Origin: Chiloscyllium plagiosum
Taxonomy: Eukaryota
Assembly: GCF_004010195.1 (NCBI RefSeq)
Contig: NC_057751.1
Location: 8,747,611-8,811,610 of the forward strand
Direction: 5' to 3'
DNA length: 64,000 nt
In this document: positions 14,583 to 28,480 of the stretch, in pieces
How positions within the stretch are numbered: position 1 is the first letter of the stretch
Layout of the letters: every line of letters starts with the position of its first letter
Notes under the pieces: generated by a model
Databases searched by the model: none
What the model was told of the DNA's origin: nothing
Seen by the model: the letters and a program-made list of their open reading frames with translations, nothing else
Program-made: the position numbers and the translations under genes

Positions 14583-15399
14583 CTGAAACAAAAGGGCTCA
14601 AATTAGGAAACTTTGTCACATGAAACTCAAGCTTGCATGATAAAAATGACATGGTTTTAATTGATTTTAAGAATTGATGTCAATGAGTGCAATTATTTTT
14701 TACTAAATAAATTAGAAACCCCATGGAGACGTGTTAGTTGAATTCCAGTTGTACATTACTCACCAAATAAAGTCATGGAACTCTGTTTAAAACTAAAAGG
14801 TTGTTGATGCCAACAATTTTTCCTGCACTCCAGATTTTCCTCCTGGAGTTTTTAAGCATGAAATTCAAAAACTGAAATCATCCAAATGTTGGCAGTGCGA
14901 AACACATGATAGATGTGCCAAGCTAAGGTATAACTAATCATGCAATTCAATCCCTGCTGAGCGCGCAATCTCAGCTATGCCCTCCTATGGATATATCCAG
15001 CTCACGTTTGATATTCACACAATGGGATAAATAAAATGGTAAGAAGCTATTAAATGCAGCCAATGTGTCATGCACACCTTCACTTGTACAAAGACATAAA
15101 GGAGTTCAAAACATGGTCTGTCAAAACAACATTACACTAGTTCGAATGACATTTTATTCAAACTAGTAACTTATGTCTTATTTAGGTTTGTATTCCTTTC
15201 TGCCTGGCAAATGCAACAGTCCTCTATGCTTGTGTTCCACTCACTGTTGAAATTTATCACTCTCATGTCAAGTTTAAAATACGAAGATGATTCCTGCTGC
15301 TCTACCTGAACAATGTGCCACAGCTGAGTTTACAACAAGAGCTTAGAATCATAGATTCCAATCACTACAGTGCAGACACCATTCAGCCTATCAAGTCAC

Positions 15400-15672
15400 A
15401 CAGTCATAGCGAGGTACAGCATGGAAGCAGACCTTTCGTCTGCAACACAATGAAGAGCTTCCCACCAAGACCCCCCTCAAGCCCAGCATGTTGCCATGAC
15501 CCCACATGGTTAATCAACCTAACTTGCGCATCTTTGGGCTGCATGTGGAAACCGGAGGAAACCAATGCAAACTTGGGGAGAATGTGGGAACTACACACAG
15601 TCAGTCACCCAAGGATGGTATCGAACCAAGTTCTGTGGTGCTACGAGGCAGCAGCACTAACCACTGTACCAC
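15400..15672 (-). mobile_element. HE1-like V-SINE
   Basis: tRNA head (GGTGGTACAGTGGTTAGTGCTGCTGCCTC), V domain and CR1 tail. Confidence 0.75.
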
Positions 15673-18600
15673 CCTACTGCACCTTGCTGTTGTACCTTTA
15701 CTCTCAGTTCCTCATAACCAGAGAATAATGTCCAATTGCAGATGACATCTGATATCCTTCAGAAATCAGACTCCAGGCCTGCTTCTTTGGAAATATTTAA
15801 TTTCAAACCCGAACAAGAAGCCAAGATAAAATGGTCACAGTATGTATCTTAAATATTGGCAAGTTCTGTAGGTAATACACATGTTCGAACTCACCAAATC
15901 ACCAAGACCATTAACAGCTGTTCATGGGTCGTACATGATAAAAAAAGACTAACCATGATTACGAATTGCATCAACAATTCTCATCACTTTTCACCAATAT
16001 GAACGGCACAAAGTATTTTTCATTCTATTCTATTATGTTGGCTGCCTGCAGATTTGCTAGTTCAGGTCTGCATTTCCCAAAGCTGCTGCTCTGATGACAC
16101 AGCATCATAGATTGTGCACAAAGACAAAATAATTATTTAAATTCAGTGCTTCACGGCAACTGTACACAAAGGGTAGAAACAGTACAATTACAAAATAAAA
16201 CAACAATCTACTGTCAAGTCTACAACCTGATCCATCTCAATCAGCCCTAATTAATATCCATTAAAGTGAGGCACTGTATGGACATATCCACTGTCAGCAG
16301 ATAAACAGCTGCAGGGATGAAGCAGCAGTTCAGATGGCAGGTCCTCACAAATCCAAGACTAAGAGAAAATTGAGCAACTTTGAAATGCATTGAGGACATG
16401 GCATTTAGCTGACTATCTTAATGACAGCAAAGCAGTTGGTATGAAATGCTCTCAAATTATGAGGCCTGATATTATCAAAGCTACCTCTGGATCATGGTGA
16501 TGCACCTATGGTCAATTCTTAATCCACAATAATATATAATTAGCCTAAAAGCAAATGCGCCATGCGACTGAAAGCAGTTTTAAAAATGTTGCGCTTCAGA
16601 CATTTTGTTATGTTGATTACACATTTTACTTGAGTGGAATTTGCCACATTTTCAGTCAAATGTTTACCACATGCTGAAATAAAAATAATTGCCAATTTTA
16701 AATTCATCAGTTTCCCAACAAAATCAACTTGAGAAAACTAACATAAACTCTGGCTACATAAATTATTTTCATAATCTTTCTTGACAACTTTTTTGTTGCA
16801 TGATATTGAACAGTTTCAATTCAACTCTGAATATGTGGGCTATGCTAAGATCTCTGACATGGTTTATAACTGTCAAACTCGATAGAAGAGGTCACAGGAT
16901 GGCCAGCATGTCAAGTCTAAAGTGTCACACAAGTTTAACAGGGTGTTGCGCTTGTTTTTCATTTTTGCTTTTGGTAAACGCTGCATTTAACTATCTTACC
17001 GTTGAACAAGACATGATCAGCTCAGATTTTCCAGGCCCAAATTTGACCTTGGACAATCAATCACTCACCACAGGAACTAGGGTTTCGGCACTGTTTGCCA
17101 AGACCAAAGACAAATTGACAAAAATTACATGAACCAAGTCCCACAACAAATCAATGGCATGGTTGAGAGAAACTGCTCCAATTTTGAAAAACAGGATTTC
17201 CAATGTAATCTTTAGCTCAAAGAGCAGATGTGCTAGGTATATCAGGTGGAAGACAATGACAGAGTCAAGATAATGGAGTAGAGGCACTATTATCATCAGC
17301 CAACTAAGATGAGAGCCCCCAGCAAGATTGGAAAATCATACAATATTAGATTCACATGAAAAACAATTAGCCAGTTTGGTCCAACCACAGAATGAGGAAG
17401 GCTGGTAAATTTCAGGGTTTCCACTGTATTTCTGGAAATCAACTAATGATGCTCGGGCAGGAAACTATATTTTATGTCATTTGAGCAGGCTATTTACAGT
17501 TATTCCATGAGATATGCTACATTGTAAATGAAGCATTTCCCTGAATATTCACCCAAAAATGAAACAACACTAATACAAGATCAGCAACATGTTGAAACCC
17601 ATACCACCTGCTGTGGAGTGTGCTCCATGCTTAATTTATTATTTGGAAATCTGGAATTTAACAAATGAAATGATTATATTTTCAACTTTGTAAAAGGTAA
17701 CTTCCTTTTTGCATAGTCAAGAGTCCTTTTGTCCCTCTTATTGGGTCAAAATAGCCTTTCCAAGAAGTCATGTGATTACTGGTTTATATGCAAAATAATA
17801 CCTGAAGTAATGACTAATTAAAGAGATGTGACCACACAGACAGGTCCACTTCAAAGAAAATATCCACACCAGCACTAAGACAGGCACATTTTGGCATTTC
17901 CAGGCCATCAGCACTAGCAAGGCTGAAGCTGCTTTACCAGTCCAAGTAGACATGTGTGCAGACGATTACTTATGTTTCAAATTATTGATTGTGGACAGAA
18001 ATGTGAACAAGACTGCTAAAAATGACAACATTCATAGAAAGACAACTGTACTGTTTAAAGGCAAGTTGATTGATACCCACTTCAAGCACTGTGCAGCGGG
18101 GAAAGCCTAGTCACAGACAAAATAGAACCAGAGGCTGCGTACACATGGAGCTTCTGCTACTAGCTAGCTGACTGTCATTCAAACTGATCACGAGTCCATA
18201 GAACAAAGGCTTCCTGTACACCAAGAGCTGTCATTTGCTCACAAGCAAGTGACCAGCTTAGGGTGTGTTTGGGGGTGCGAATATTTTGACACAAATCATC
18301 AGAACCTCTGGAGGAGGAGGAACTACTTTTGCCCTGCAAAAACAAATCTCAGACCTTCAGATAGTTTATTTCTCATCAGCTGCAACTTTCAAATCAGAGA
18401 CCCCTCTCAGCGTAAAACAATGAACCAACAACCATGCACCTCTTGCAAATCAATGACAACTACCTGGAGAAGCAAGATCAAGCAGCACTTACCTGATCAG
18501 CAAAAGGATGATGTTAGCAAACCCTGTGGACATGGACCACTGAAGTGCTTCCCAGCCTTTTCCTACAAACATATCATAGATGACTTTTGTGTCTGTCCTT

Positions 18601-20289
18601 GTGTGCCTAATGGGGTTTATAAGTTAGTATCTTCTTCTGATAGTTCATAACTGTTGACCCGAAACTAGATTCTATTATTTATTTGCACTCAATCGTGCCA
18701 ACAATTTTCACTGGGCTAACAGTCATGATGCCAGAGCAGCTAGCCGTTACTCATGGGAACCCTGCCGAGTTACAATCTGAACACACTCAATAAATTGCCC
18801 TGGGGAATTGAATTTTCCACTGGGTAATTCCACTCCAGCTGGAGTACTCCCAAAATCTCCATTTAAAGTTAAGAGTTTGAAGGGTTTCAATGAAATTCAA
18901 ATTAGTTACTCAGGAAAAGTCAGACTTTGAAATGCATAGTTTAACTGACTTGTAACTGCAAAACAAACCCCAACCTATATTTCCCCCAGATCACAGACAG
19001 AACACTCCCCACATGGACCCTTGCCCCAGCTGGACCTAACCTTACCATCCTCCCCTTATCACAGAGGATAGGACCCAATGTGTCTGGACTCCCTTTCCCC
19101 CACCAACACCACCTAAGGCAACCAAAACTGACCCAACTCCTAGACCCGATGCAACACAACGTCACCGCCCCAACTACGCACAACCCAACACAAAACAACC
19201 ACTCCCCACTGAAGACTGATGAACCCGATGCAATTCACCTTCCCCCAACTCTGCCACCTTAACCAGGTCAGACACACTCCAGCTCACACAAGACCAGATT
19301 TCTCCCAAACACTCCAACCAACCCAAACACACCTTGTCATCTTGTACTTTGATATTCAACAAACATCACGCTTTATCCCCGATCCACCTGGTATCCATTC
19401 GCAGCATACCCACTCCCAAGTGGTTCCCTACTCATCTGACACCTTATCCCCTCACCTACCGGGCACCTACTTTCTCAGCACCCAAACATCACATTTAGCT
19501 TGCAAAGTTTTGGTTTGACACCATCTCCCAGTGGCTTTCAGTAACTTTAAATTTCACAATATAGCAGCTGACTGCTCTGAAAATGGAATGTCGTCTGCCT
19601 GCTTGATAAAACAGCTGTCAAAAATGGAAGGATGGCTCAGCATTGCTCAAAGAGAATTGAGCAAAATCCTTTATCAGATATGTGGAACGTCCTTCTGGAT
19701 AAGGATGCCTTTCATTGGAACATTAGGTCAAGGAAGTTGCAGGGTAAAAAAGCCTGGATCATGCTTTGTCAACTTGGATCTAAACAACAGCTAAGTTGGG
19801 AAATCCTGTGCATTTCTTCAAAAGGCTTCATTTTTTGGACAACCCTCAGAACAATGAAGCTTTATTTCAAGCACACTACGTCAGTGATGCAACACACAGG
19901 TTGGACGAAGGATTTCATTTTAGTTCTGGCTCTGGGAGCAAATGTCAGTGAGTTAGTCTGTCTCTATCTCAAAGTAACACTCACGGAACATCATCTCATG
20001 AAAGTGCAGAAACCTGCTCCAAGGAAATGCTCGTCAGTTGAGGAACAGATTAAACCATGAAGATAACAGCCAAACTATCTAGAAAGGATTTCACTGGGAA
20101 AATTGCCCAATAAATGGCCTTGTTTCTAATTTATCACTTCTGTGCAACAACTTTGGAACATTTGTCACAAAAACACTTGCATGCGAACACAACTATTTTC
20201 AGTTACTGACCGTCACAGCAAACAAATTTCCAAACTGAAATTTGTGGTCCATCAAGCCAGTTTTCTCTTTAGGATCAGAACTGAAGTAA

Positions 20290-20727
20290 ATAATAGGTAA
20301 ACACAGGCAAAAACAAAATCACAGGTACAGATGAAGGTTAAGAGTTTGAGAGTCCATTCAGTATTCTAATAACAGTAGGGAAGAAACTGTTACGAAACTG
20401 GCTGGTGTCTATGTTCAGGCTTCTGTACATTTCTCCCCAATGGGAGAGGTTGTATAAAAGCATTGAAGGGTGAAATGAATCTTTGAGAATGCTGGTGGTC
20501 TTTCTTTGACAACAGGTCTTGTAGATGGATTTTATAGATGGGAGGTTAGCCTTTGTGATCGTCTGGGCTGAGTTCACCACGTTTTGTAACCGTCTCCAAT
20601 CTTGAATGGTACAGTTGCCATACCAGGTAGTGATACATCCAGACAGAATGCTCTCGATGGTGCACCTAAGTAAGTTGGCAAGGTTATTCGCCGTCATGCC
20701 AAAATTTCCTCAGCTGCCTGAGGAAGC
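20290..20727 (-). mobile_element. Rex1/Babar-type non-LTR retrotransposon 3' fragment
   Basis: ORF 20338-20697 reads RCTIESILSGCITTWYGNC...RLQNVVNSAQTI...ILKDSFHP, typical of the C-terminal region of Rex1 RT. Confidence 0.8.
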
Positions 20728-21146
20728 AGAGAGGCTGTTTTCCCTGGAGCATCGGAGGCTGAGGGGTGACCTTATAGAGGTTTACAAAGTCATGAGGGGC
20801 ATGAATAGGGTAAATAGACAAAGTCTTTTCCCTGGGGTTGGGGAGTCCAGAACTAGACGGCATAGGTTTAGGGTGAGAAGGGAAGATATAAAAGAGACCT
20901 AAGGGGCAACTTTTTCACACAAAGGATAGTACGTGTATGGAATGAGCTGCCAGAGGAAGTGGTGGATGCTGGTATAATTGCAACATTTAAGAGGCATTCG
21001 GATGGGTATATGAATTGGAAGGGTTTGGAGGGATATGGGCCGGGTGCTGGCAGGTGGGACGAGATTGGGTTGGGATATCTAGTCGGCATGGACAGGTTGG
21101 ACCGAAGGGTCTGTTTCTATGCTGTACATCTCTATGACTCTATAAC
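20728..21146 (+). mobile_element. CR1 (HER1-like) 3' fragment
   Basis: LFSLEHRRLRGDLIEVYKVMRG...SRTRRHRF; tail ctctatgactctataact. Confidence 0.9.
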
Positions 21147-21308
21147 TTCACCCACAGCAGGGATCAAAAGCTAAGGTTACAAGAATATCAGAGTTTGTGA
21201 ACATCGAAATATTCCTGTCTGACTGAATAAGCATAACAGCATTATTCTGAATTAACAAGGGGTCACCATATTCAAAAAAGTCTTCAGAACAAGGGAATAA
21301 ACACCTAC

Positions 21309-21458
21309 CCGAGGCCAAGAGCCAAAATATGAGATAGCAGCAAAGATGGAAAGAAAATCTTCAGAAATTCAGCTGAAAATACGCCACCTTTCTTCAATGC
21401 TCCAGTCTTTCTCATACTGAGAGTAACTGAATGTTTTGGATGTTTGAAATGAAACTCC
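21309..21458 (-). CDS. BNIP3L: BNIP3L exon 5 ([50 protein letters not shown])
   Basis: ccag acceptor and gtaggt donor, 150 nt. Encodes the transmembrane helix with most of the SHxxAxxxGxxxG dimerisation motif. Confidence 0.97.
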
Positions 21459-22300
21459 CTGGTGGAAGAATCACAAAGAAACAATACTGTAAATAAAGAG
21501 TGTTCTGTGAATATTACATGTAACCACAGAACTCAAAATAAACTATTTCATTCCACCACTCATAAAACACACTGACAACAAAATTAACTTCAACGTGGGC
21601 CTTTACCAGGCAAAAAAACCAAGTGTACTTCATGAAAAAGTAACACAAGGAAAGGTGGTTGCACGTCTGGAAACAAATTGATAGGGACAAGTGAAAGAAA
21701 CCAAACAGCAGCTTGCTTTTTGAAGTTAACCTTTGAGACATGTGAGCTTAGCTTTGCTCTTTGCAGGTGCTGGTGGATGGACTCCATATTCATCATTTTG
21801 CTTTTCACCCAGGAAATCAGACACAGATTGGTACATGACATCAGGGTTTTTAAAAGTTACTTGCAATTTAGATGCCACAGTTCTCCCTCTTTAAATCATG
21901 TCACTATTAGAATCGGCAGAAATTTGCCTGGTCTCCTTTGCAAAGAATTTCCTGCATTGCTCATATTTTCATAAAACTACCATTAAATGTTGACATTGGT
22001 TAACCAATCTGTTCTTATCCAATTGCAGGTGAGCAAAATTCACAGAGAAGGTACTTGCTCCACCCACCTCTCACATCAACAAATTCAGCTTCAAAACAAG
22101 TACTAGTGCCTTTCTTAATTCGTTTTTCAAGATTCTGATGGTGCAAGGCAGATTCAGGAAACCCAATTCATGTAACACGAACACATTCTGAGCTCACATG
22201 CACATGTTTTAACCATAGTCCATATAAATTTCGCTCATCAGCAAATTTAGCTGATTAGGACACCACAGACTTCTTTCACAACAGATAAACCAACACTCAC

Positions 22301-22407
22301 TTTGGTGGAATGTTTTCAGGTCGACTTGACCAGTCAGATATCCATTCGGCGCTCCTTTTGATCATGATTTCTTCTTCTTGGTCTCTTTCCAAACAATCAT
22401 CTTCAGA
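22301..22407 (-). CDS. BNIP3L: BNIP3L exon 4 (SEDDCLERDQEEEIMIKRSAEWISDWSSRPENIPPK)
   Basis: ttctag acceptor and gtgag donor, 107 nt. Conserved DWSSRPENIPPK motif. Confidence 0.97.
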
Positions 22408-24768
22408 CTAGAAAGAAAGCTCAAGAGTAACTTTTGTCACATCCCAAATGTGCAAGACAAGCTTTTAACACTCAGCCTCAGTTTTCAATGATAAACTTTT
22501 TCAAGAAATTAAGTGCAACTCTAGGCGACAGAGTTGGGTTTACTCAAGATAAGGAATAACCAATAACATCACCTCAGAGGTTCGCACAACATGTCAAATG
22601 AGGTTGTGAAGGTCCAGTTCACAGTCACCTTAGAATTATGTTTATTTTTCACATTTATTCTCTGAAACCACATTTCACACAGGCTTCCTGCAGTGGTCTC
22701 ACCAATAAGGTGAAAATCTCAAGCATACCTCTTCACTGATGCATTCAATTCACTTCACAATACACAGTAACATACAATAAATTTTCCTTTTTACTTATTA
22801 TACATGCACACTAAAATCTTGCAACTCACCAGGACAAACAAGTCCCTGTTCATTGGAGAACTCGACAAGCTCACCTGCTTAAGTCGTCTGCTTCTGATTC
22901 ATTCTTCCTGCCAAAATGGTTAACTGCAATTTCTGACATTTTAAAACCCCAAGTTTTAAGAGAAGCAGCAATTTAAAGAGACCATGGCAAATTGATTAAT
23001 TATTAATTCCACTTTCCGACCTCAACACAACCATAACCCTAAATCTTGTCACGATTAAAAATCAGCCAGGAACACAGTGAAGGACCCAATTTTCTGCAAT
23101 GAACAATTCCACAAATTCACCACAGTCAGTTTTGCAACAGGTGCAGCAGCTTTCTTGAAATAACCAACATGTCCTTTTCTGTTTCATGCATTTCAATGGG
23201 GAGGAATTCAAGTATCAAGTTTTTCAGTCCATGCATGAGCTGATAACATGTTGTACAGATGGAACCACACCCTTACAGACCACATAACTCATGTTTCATG
23301 AATGCTCTTGTGTGAATGCTGAAAGCAAATTAAAACCAAGCTTCAAATATTTGCACGCAACTTCTGAGGCAAGGACACAACTGATTCAGCATTTCAGTTC
23401 ATTTTTAATCTATTCTAGAAAATGCTGTATCAGATCCATGCAGTTTGTTCCAGTCAACTTTAAGTCATGGTCACTACGTTTAAGTGAGGAGAGAAAGCCT
23501 GTAACTGTCAGTTAAACACTTCCATTTTTAACTCATACACTGCGTGTGCAATAAACTAAATTGTATTAAAACAAGCAACTGCAATTAGTCAAACATTCAT
23601 TCATTCTTTCTATTTTCTTTACCTGTCTTGACATAAGATCTTATCCCTGAACTGATTTCACAGCAATATCTAAGTGACAATATATGATGCAAATCAACAA
23701 TGTGAAAAGTCCAAAAACAAAACAGCATGACATTGATTTAGTTCTGGCCTCATTCTTTTCCTCACCTGTATGTCAAAAACAAAGGAACAGGTTATTGACC
23801 CAATCATGAAACATAGAGAATTAAAATTTGAAAGTGAGAATGCAACAATGAAGAAATAGGCGCATATTCAGATCAAAGGGCAAGGTGCCCTCATGCCTGC
23901 TCCATCGTTTGATACAATCATGGCTGATCTCATCTTGGCGTCAACTAGCCTGCCTGCTCTCCACCACCCTTCAAACCATTACGAATTACTTTATTCTGAA
24001 CAAACAATTAGAACATCAGACCCCTGAAAGAGGAGAGAGATTCGGAATGGAGGAATGAGTCGGAATGGAAGTTTTTTTTTACTCAAACAGCAGACAACAT
24101 CCACTCGAGTTCCAAGGTTTTTTTGTTTTTTTTAATCTGTTTTACCTTTGTGTTCTCACTCTATTCTCTTCTTATTTATTGTCATTTCCTGAGAGAATAC
24201 ATTTGCCTTTTGTAACCTGCTGTGCACCTATCCTCATTCAGCCAAGTATTTTCACCATTTTGGGGCCTAATAAATATCACTCAAATTAGACATGATGGAC
24301 TGAATTGCCTACTCCTGTTGTCATTATTTTCTAAGTCCAGTCTTCTATGTTGCTCTTAATCTTGCCTGTTCATCTTATTCCGTGCCTCTATCTCGATTGT
24401 CGCATTCTCCCTTTACTCACACCTTTGTCTCTCCATGCCTCACGTTTCTGTCAAGTGAGGCCAAACAACCAAACATAATAGCAATCAGAGTCTTCATTTA
24501 CATCAATATCAAGCTGTGGAATTCCCTGTAAATACATGGTGATCTCTCTCTCTGTCTCCCCCTCTCTTCACTTGTCATTCATAATGTACATCTGATTGAA
24601 GCATTTGGACAGGTGCGCTAATATCTCACGTGACCTGGTACCAACACTTGGGTGAATAAATTCCTGGTGAAGTGCTTCTCAAATTTTACCATATTCAAAG
24701 GGTTATTTTGACAGCAGTTTTATTTTGCAGAAATTAATTGAACAGACCATTGTACAACAGCAAGATAC

Positions 24769-24850
24769 CTGAGAGCTGCTGTCTCTGTTCCGCTGCAGCT
24801 CTAGTTCGAAGATTGCTTGAGCCATCTGAGGTGTTTGGGGGCGGGATTGG
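24769..24850 (-). CDS. BNIP3L: BNIP3L exon 3 (QSRPQTPQMAQAIFELELQRNRDSSSQ)
   Basis: ttgtag acceptor and gtatct donor, 82 nt. Phases 2 and 0 fit the neighbouring exons; ends in SSQ as in BNIP3 and NIX. Confidence 0.9.
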
Positions 24851-25625
24851 CTACAAAATTGAACATTTTGACAGTTAAAATCAATTCATACTTCGTGCAA
24901 CAAATGTTAAAAGACTTGTGAACATCAAGAGGGTAATACATACAAAGTGCAAAAGCCATCTGGTAAATGTATTGAAGCCAGGATAGTGTCTAAAACATTG
25001 TTGAGTCATTTGATCTGAGAAGCCTACCAGCAAGCCATTACAACTGTCACTTTTGAAAACATTCACCTCATGATCCAAAAGAACAAACCTCAGCTCAATA
25101 ATTCCAATGATCTTTCTGTGACATGAATTCAGGCAGTGGTATTAGGATCAACTCATTTTCTGCAAGTCAGAATTCAATGACAACAAAATCACTGGGTGGA
25201 AATTTCACAACACCATCACCCAAAATGTCAGAATTAGTACAAGGATACCTTTCTACATCCTACATTTGTCATGTGTATATTACAGTAAACGCTTGTGGAA
25301 TAGTGATAGTTACAGGGAAGGCATTGACATGACTGAAACAATTTGTCAAATGAAAATCATTTTGAATAGGAACTACTTCTACATAAACTTGACTGTTGTA
25401 AAAAAAGCTCCAGTTAAATCTTCCACAAGGAATAAAATAATGAGTTCACAAGCTTTTCATGAACAGGAATATGAATTTCACTCTTCAGTCAATACAAAAA
25501 TATTCAACTTAACTCACTGGCAATTAGATTATGGAGGCAATGTAAATAATCCTTGCAAAGGAAAAGCAACAGAATCAGAAACTCATTTCAATTTCAACGA
25601 GACACTAATTCTGAATACTCAATTT

Positions 25626-25910
25626 ATTAGATTTCCTACAGTGTGGAAACAGACCATTTAGCCCCACAAGTCCACACCAACCCTCCGAAGACTAACCCAC
25701 CCAGACCCATTTCTTTCTGATGGGCAATTTAGCACAGCCAATTCACTTGACCTGCACATCTTTAGACAGTGGGAGGGAACAGAGCACCCAGAGGAAACCC
25801 ACGCAGACATGGGGAGAGTGTGCAAACTCCACACAGTCACCCGAGGCTGAAATTGAATCTGAGTCCCTATTGCTGTGAGGCTGCAGTTCTTGCCACTGAC
25901 CACTGTGCCG
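25626..25910 (-). mobile_element. HE1-like V-SINE
   Basis: Homologous to 53540-53866. Confidence 0.85.
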
Positions 25911-26064
25911 TTATTAGACTGACATTTATTCTCAACAAAGCAACTATGGAGTGGAACTGAGTTGGTAGGAAATGTGATGGAGCCAAAGACACAAGTTTCC
26001 ATTTTTCCAATGCTTAAGTTGAGAAAATTGAACTCACCAAAAACTGGAAGTCAGATGACTGACT

Positions 26065-26333
26065 CCATGGTCAGCATCACAGACTCAGGTTCGATTGCAG
26101 CCTTGGGTGACTGCAGAGTTTGCACTTTTTCCACATGCCTGCGTGGGTTTACCCTGGTTGCTTTGGTTTCCTACCACAGTCCAAAAATGTGCATGTTAGG
26201 TGGATTGGCCATGGTAAATGTGGGACACTGACATAGGGTATGGTGGGGGGGGGCTGGGTCAGGTGTTCTTGCGAGCATCAGTGCAGAATTCATGGGCTGA
26301 ATGGTCTCTTTCCACACTGTCGGGATTCTATGA
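26065..26333 (+). mobile_element. HE1-like V-SINE
   Basis: B box GGTTCGATTGC, V domain gagtttgcac...ccacagtccaaa, tail gggattctatga. Confidence 0.8.
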
Positions 26334-26680
26334 CCATTTTCAGACATTATACAGGACATGTTAACTGAGAAAGGTATTTGGTCACAAATCAGATACCCCT
26401 TATTTCCATTTTTAGTACTGCACAAAAATTCCCAGTGATGAACAACCAAGATCAAATTAGGATATTCGACGGACATGGGTTAGTGGAAACCTCACAATGA
26501 ACTGAACTTCCTTCTAAGAAAACAGCATGCAACCAAGTGAACTGAATTAACCAGTGGAGCTTGAAACAAAATCAAAGACTTCCAGAGTATTCAGTTGGTC
26601 ACAGAACGACGTGAAACATTGAAGAAAACCATCCAAAGTTATTACCACTTATTTCTATGTAATTCTCAACTATTTCTCAC

Positions 26681-26861
26681 CTATCACAGTGGGAGCTTCC
26701 TCGAGAACTGCTCTGACCCGATTCATGCTGAGCATCCAGAAGTATTTTTTCCATGTCTCCATTATGAATGGAGGAAGATGAGGGCACATGCTCCAGTCCT
26801 CCAGTGCGGCTGGTGCCATTATCATTCCCATTGTTTTTCAACTGCAATTCCACCCAGGAGC
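26681..26861 (-). CDS. BNIP3L: BNIP3L exon 2 ([61 protein letters not shown])
   Basis: tttag acceptor and gtgag donor, 181 nt. Contains the LIR motif WVEL and the [10 protein letters not shown] segment. [16 protein letters not shown] and [12 protein letters not shown] are NIX-type. Confidence 0.97.
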
Positions 26862-27603
26862 CTAAAGCACAAAGAAATCACATATAACATCGTAAGTTAA
26901 TACTCCTTTTCTTGTGAACCAGACCAAAACCCTTGCAGATATATCAAGGAGACAGCCTAGACCATAACATTTATTTTATTTCAAGGCAAGTGTAAGGTGC
27001 TGTTTTTCACTTGTATTTCAATTGGTCATGCTACTCAGCTTCAAGTTAAACACACTTGATTCTTAGTCTTCAGTTAAAATATGAAGTGAAGAAATGGTTT
27101 AACTTGAACTCTGCTGGACAACTTAGAATAAAAGATTATTCAACTTCTCAACGTTACGTGTTCTGCACAGTAACCTCCCATAAATACACCCTTCGGAAAG
27201 GTAAATTCACTATAACAGTGGGTCTCAGATGCAATTCTGGTAGCAGAGAGAACTCCAGCTTTTAGGTCTGAGAAAAATTTAACAGCTTCCACAGCCAACT
27301 TAAAGAACTGTGGCAACTTTTGAAAGCTAAACTAAAACCATAATTCTGTGGGAATCTAACTCCATTCAATTATGCTTCTTGTAATGTTCCACATGTGAAA
27401 GAAAACTTGGAAGACATCACAAACTGTTTACTGGCTTGGAGGAGTTCCTTCAACACCGACGGCTCAAACCTCAAAAACTCAACCAAACATACCTCTAAAC
27501 GTCATATTATCATACTTTGTCAATCAACTTTGTCCCTTGTTCAAAATACCAACTCCTATTAGGGTTAGTTTTACACAGTAAAATGGTTTCCTGTACTTGT
27601 CAT

Positions 27604-27936
27604 GGGCAGCATGGTTGCACAGTGGTCCACATTGCTACCTCATAACACCAGGGATCTGGGTTTGATTCAAGCCTCAGGCAACTAAGTGGAGTTTGTACTT
27701 TCTCCCACGGTCTGCATGGGTATCTGCTGTGGGATTGGTTTCCTCCTTTTGTCCAAAAATGTACAGGTTTGCTCGATTAGCAAAGTATCTTACCCTGTCA
27801 TGGACACAGCTGTGAGACCAGGTCAATTAGCCATAGTAAATGCGGACTCATGAAGACAGAGTGGGATTCTCTTCACAGGGTGATGCAGACTCTATGGACC
27901 AAAATGACCTCCAACTACACCAGAGGGATTTTATGA
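27604..27936 (+). mobile_element. HE1-like V-SINE
   Basis: Head gggcagcatggttgcacagtgg; B box gggtttgattc; V domain; tail gggattttatga. Confidence 0.8.
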
Positions 27937-28189
27937 CTTCATCCAACTTGGTATTTATCAGTTCCTACTTCAGCTCCTCCTTATCAGTTCCTCTTTTACT
28001 TTTGAGCATCACATTGAAGAAGAAAGTAACTTCAGATATTGTCAAAATCTGGCGAAACGCATCCACTGCAGTTTGCAAAAAGAGGTACAATGCTCTTTCT
28101 TTTCCAAGTCTAATTCAGCTTCAGCTCCTGAAATCTGCGTGTCTCTCTTGACCACCTGTCAACTGACGTCAGCCAATGCCTACCTGGCT

Positions 28190-28480
28190 GACCTTGCACC
28201 TCTCACCCATGCATTTGAGCTTGTCCAAAACTCTCCTGCCCAAAGGCAGCATCACGTATCCCTCGCCCATTCATTCAGCCTTCCCTGGCCAACAATGACT
28301 CCAATTTCTGCACAACTCAAAATTAAAATTTTCATCCTTGCATGAACATGCCTCCATCGTCTCACAAAGGCCCTCAATCCCTCCAATCAATCCCAAAATC
28401 CTTTAAGAATCCTGTGTTCACTCAACACTAGCTTCCTGTCATTTTGGCTACAAACTCTTAAATTTCTTTCTAAGGCCACC
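28190..28480 (+). mobile_element. Old L2-like LINE fragment
   Basis: ELVQNS...LPW...KIFIL resembles the C-terminus of L2 RT. An L2-like tail also occurs at about 24590-24710. Confidence 0.5.

Noticed and set aside
17950..18790. Possible LTR-like or unclassified repeat (similar impression at 29780-30350 and 38780-39120)
   Set aside because: No termini, TSD or second copy could be established by eye.
21514..21974. Hydrophobic ORFs between BNIP3L exons 4 and 5
   Set aside because: Intronic. The true exon 5 at 21309-21458 fits phase and homology.
24626..24635. TCACGTGACC CLEAR-like site near BNIP3L exon 3
   Set aside because: An isolated motif inside a decayed L2-like tail.
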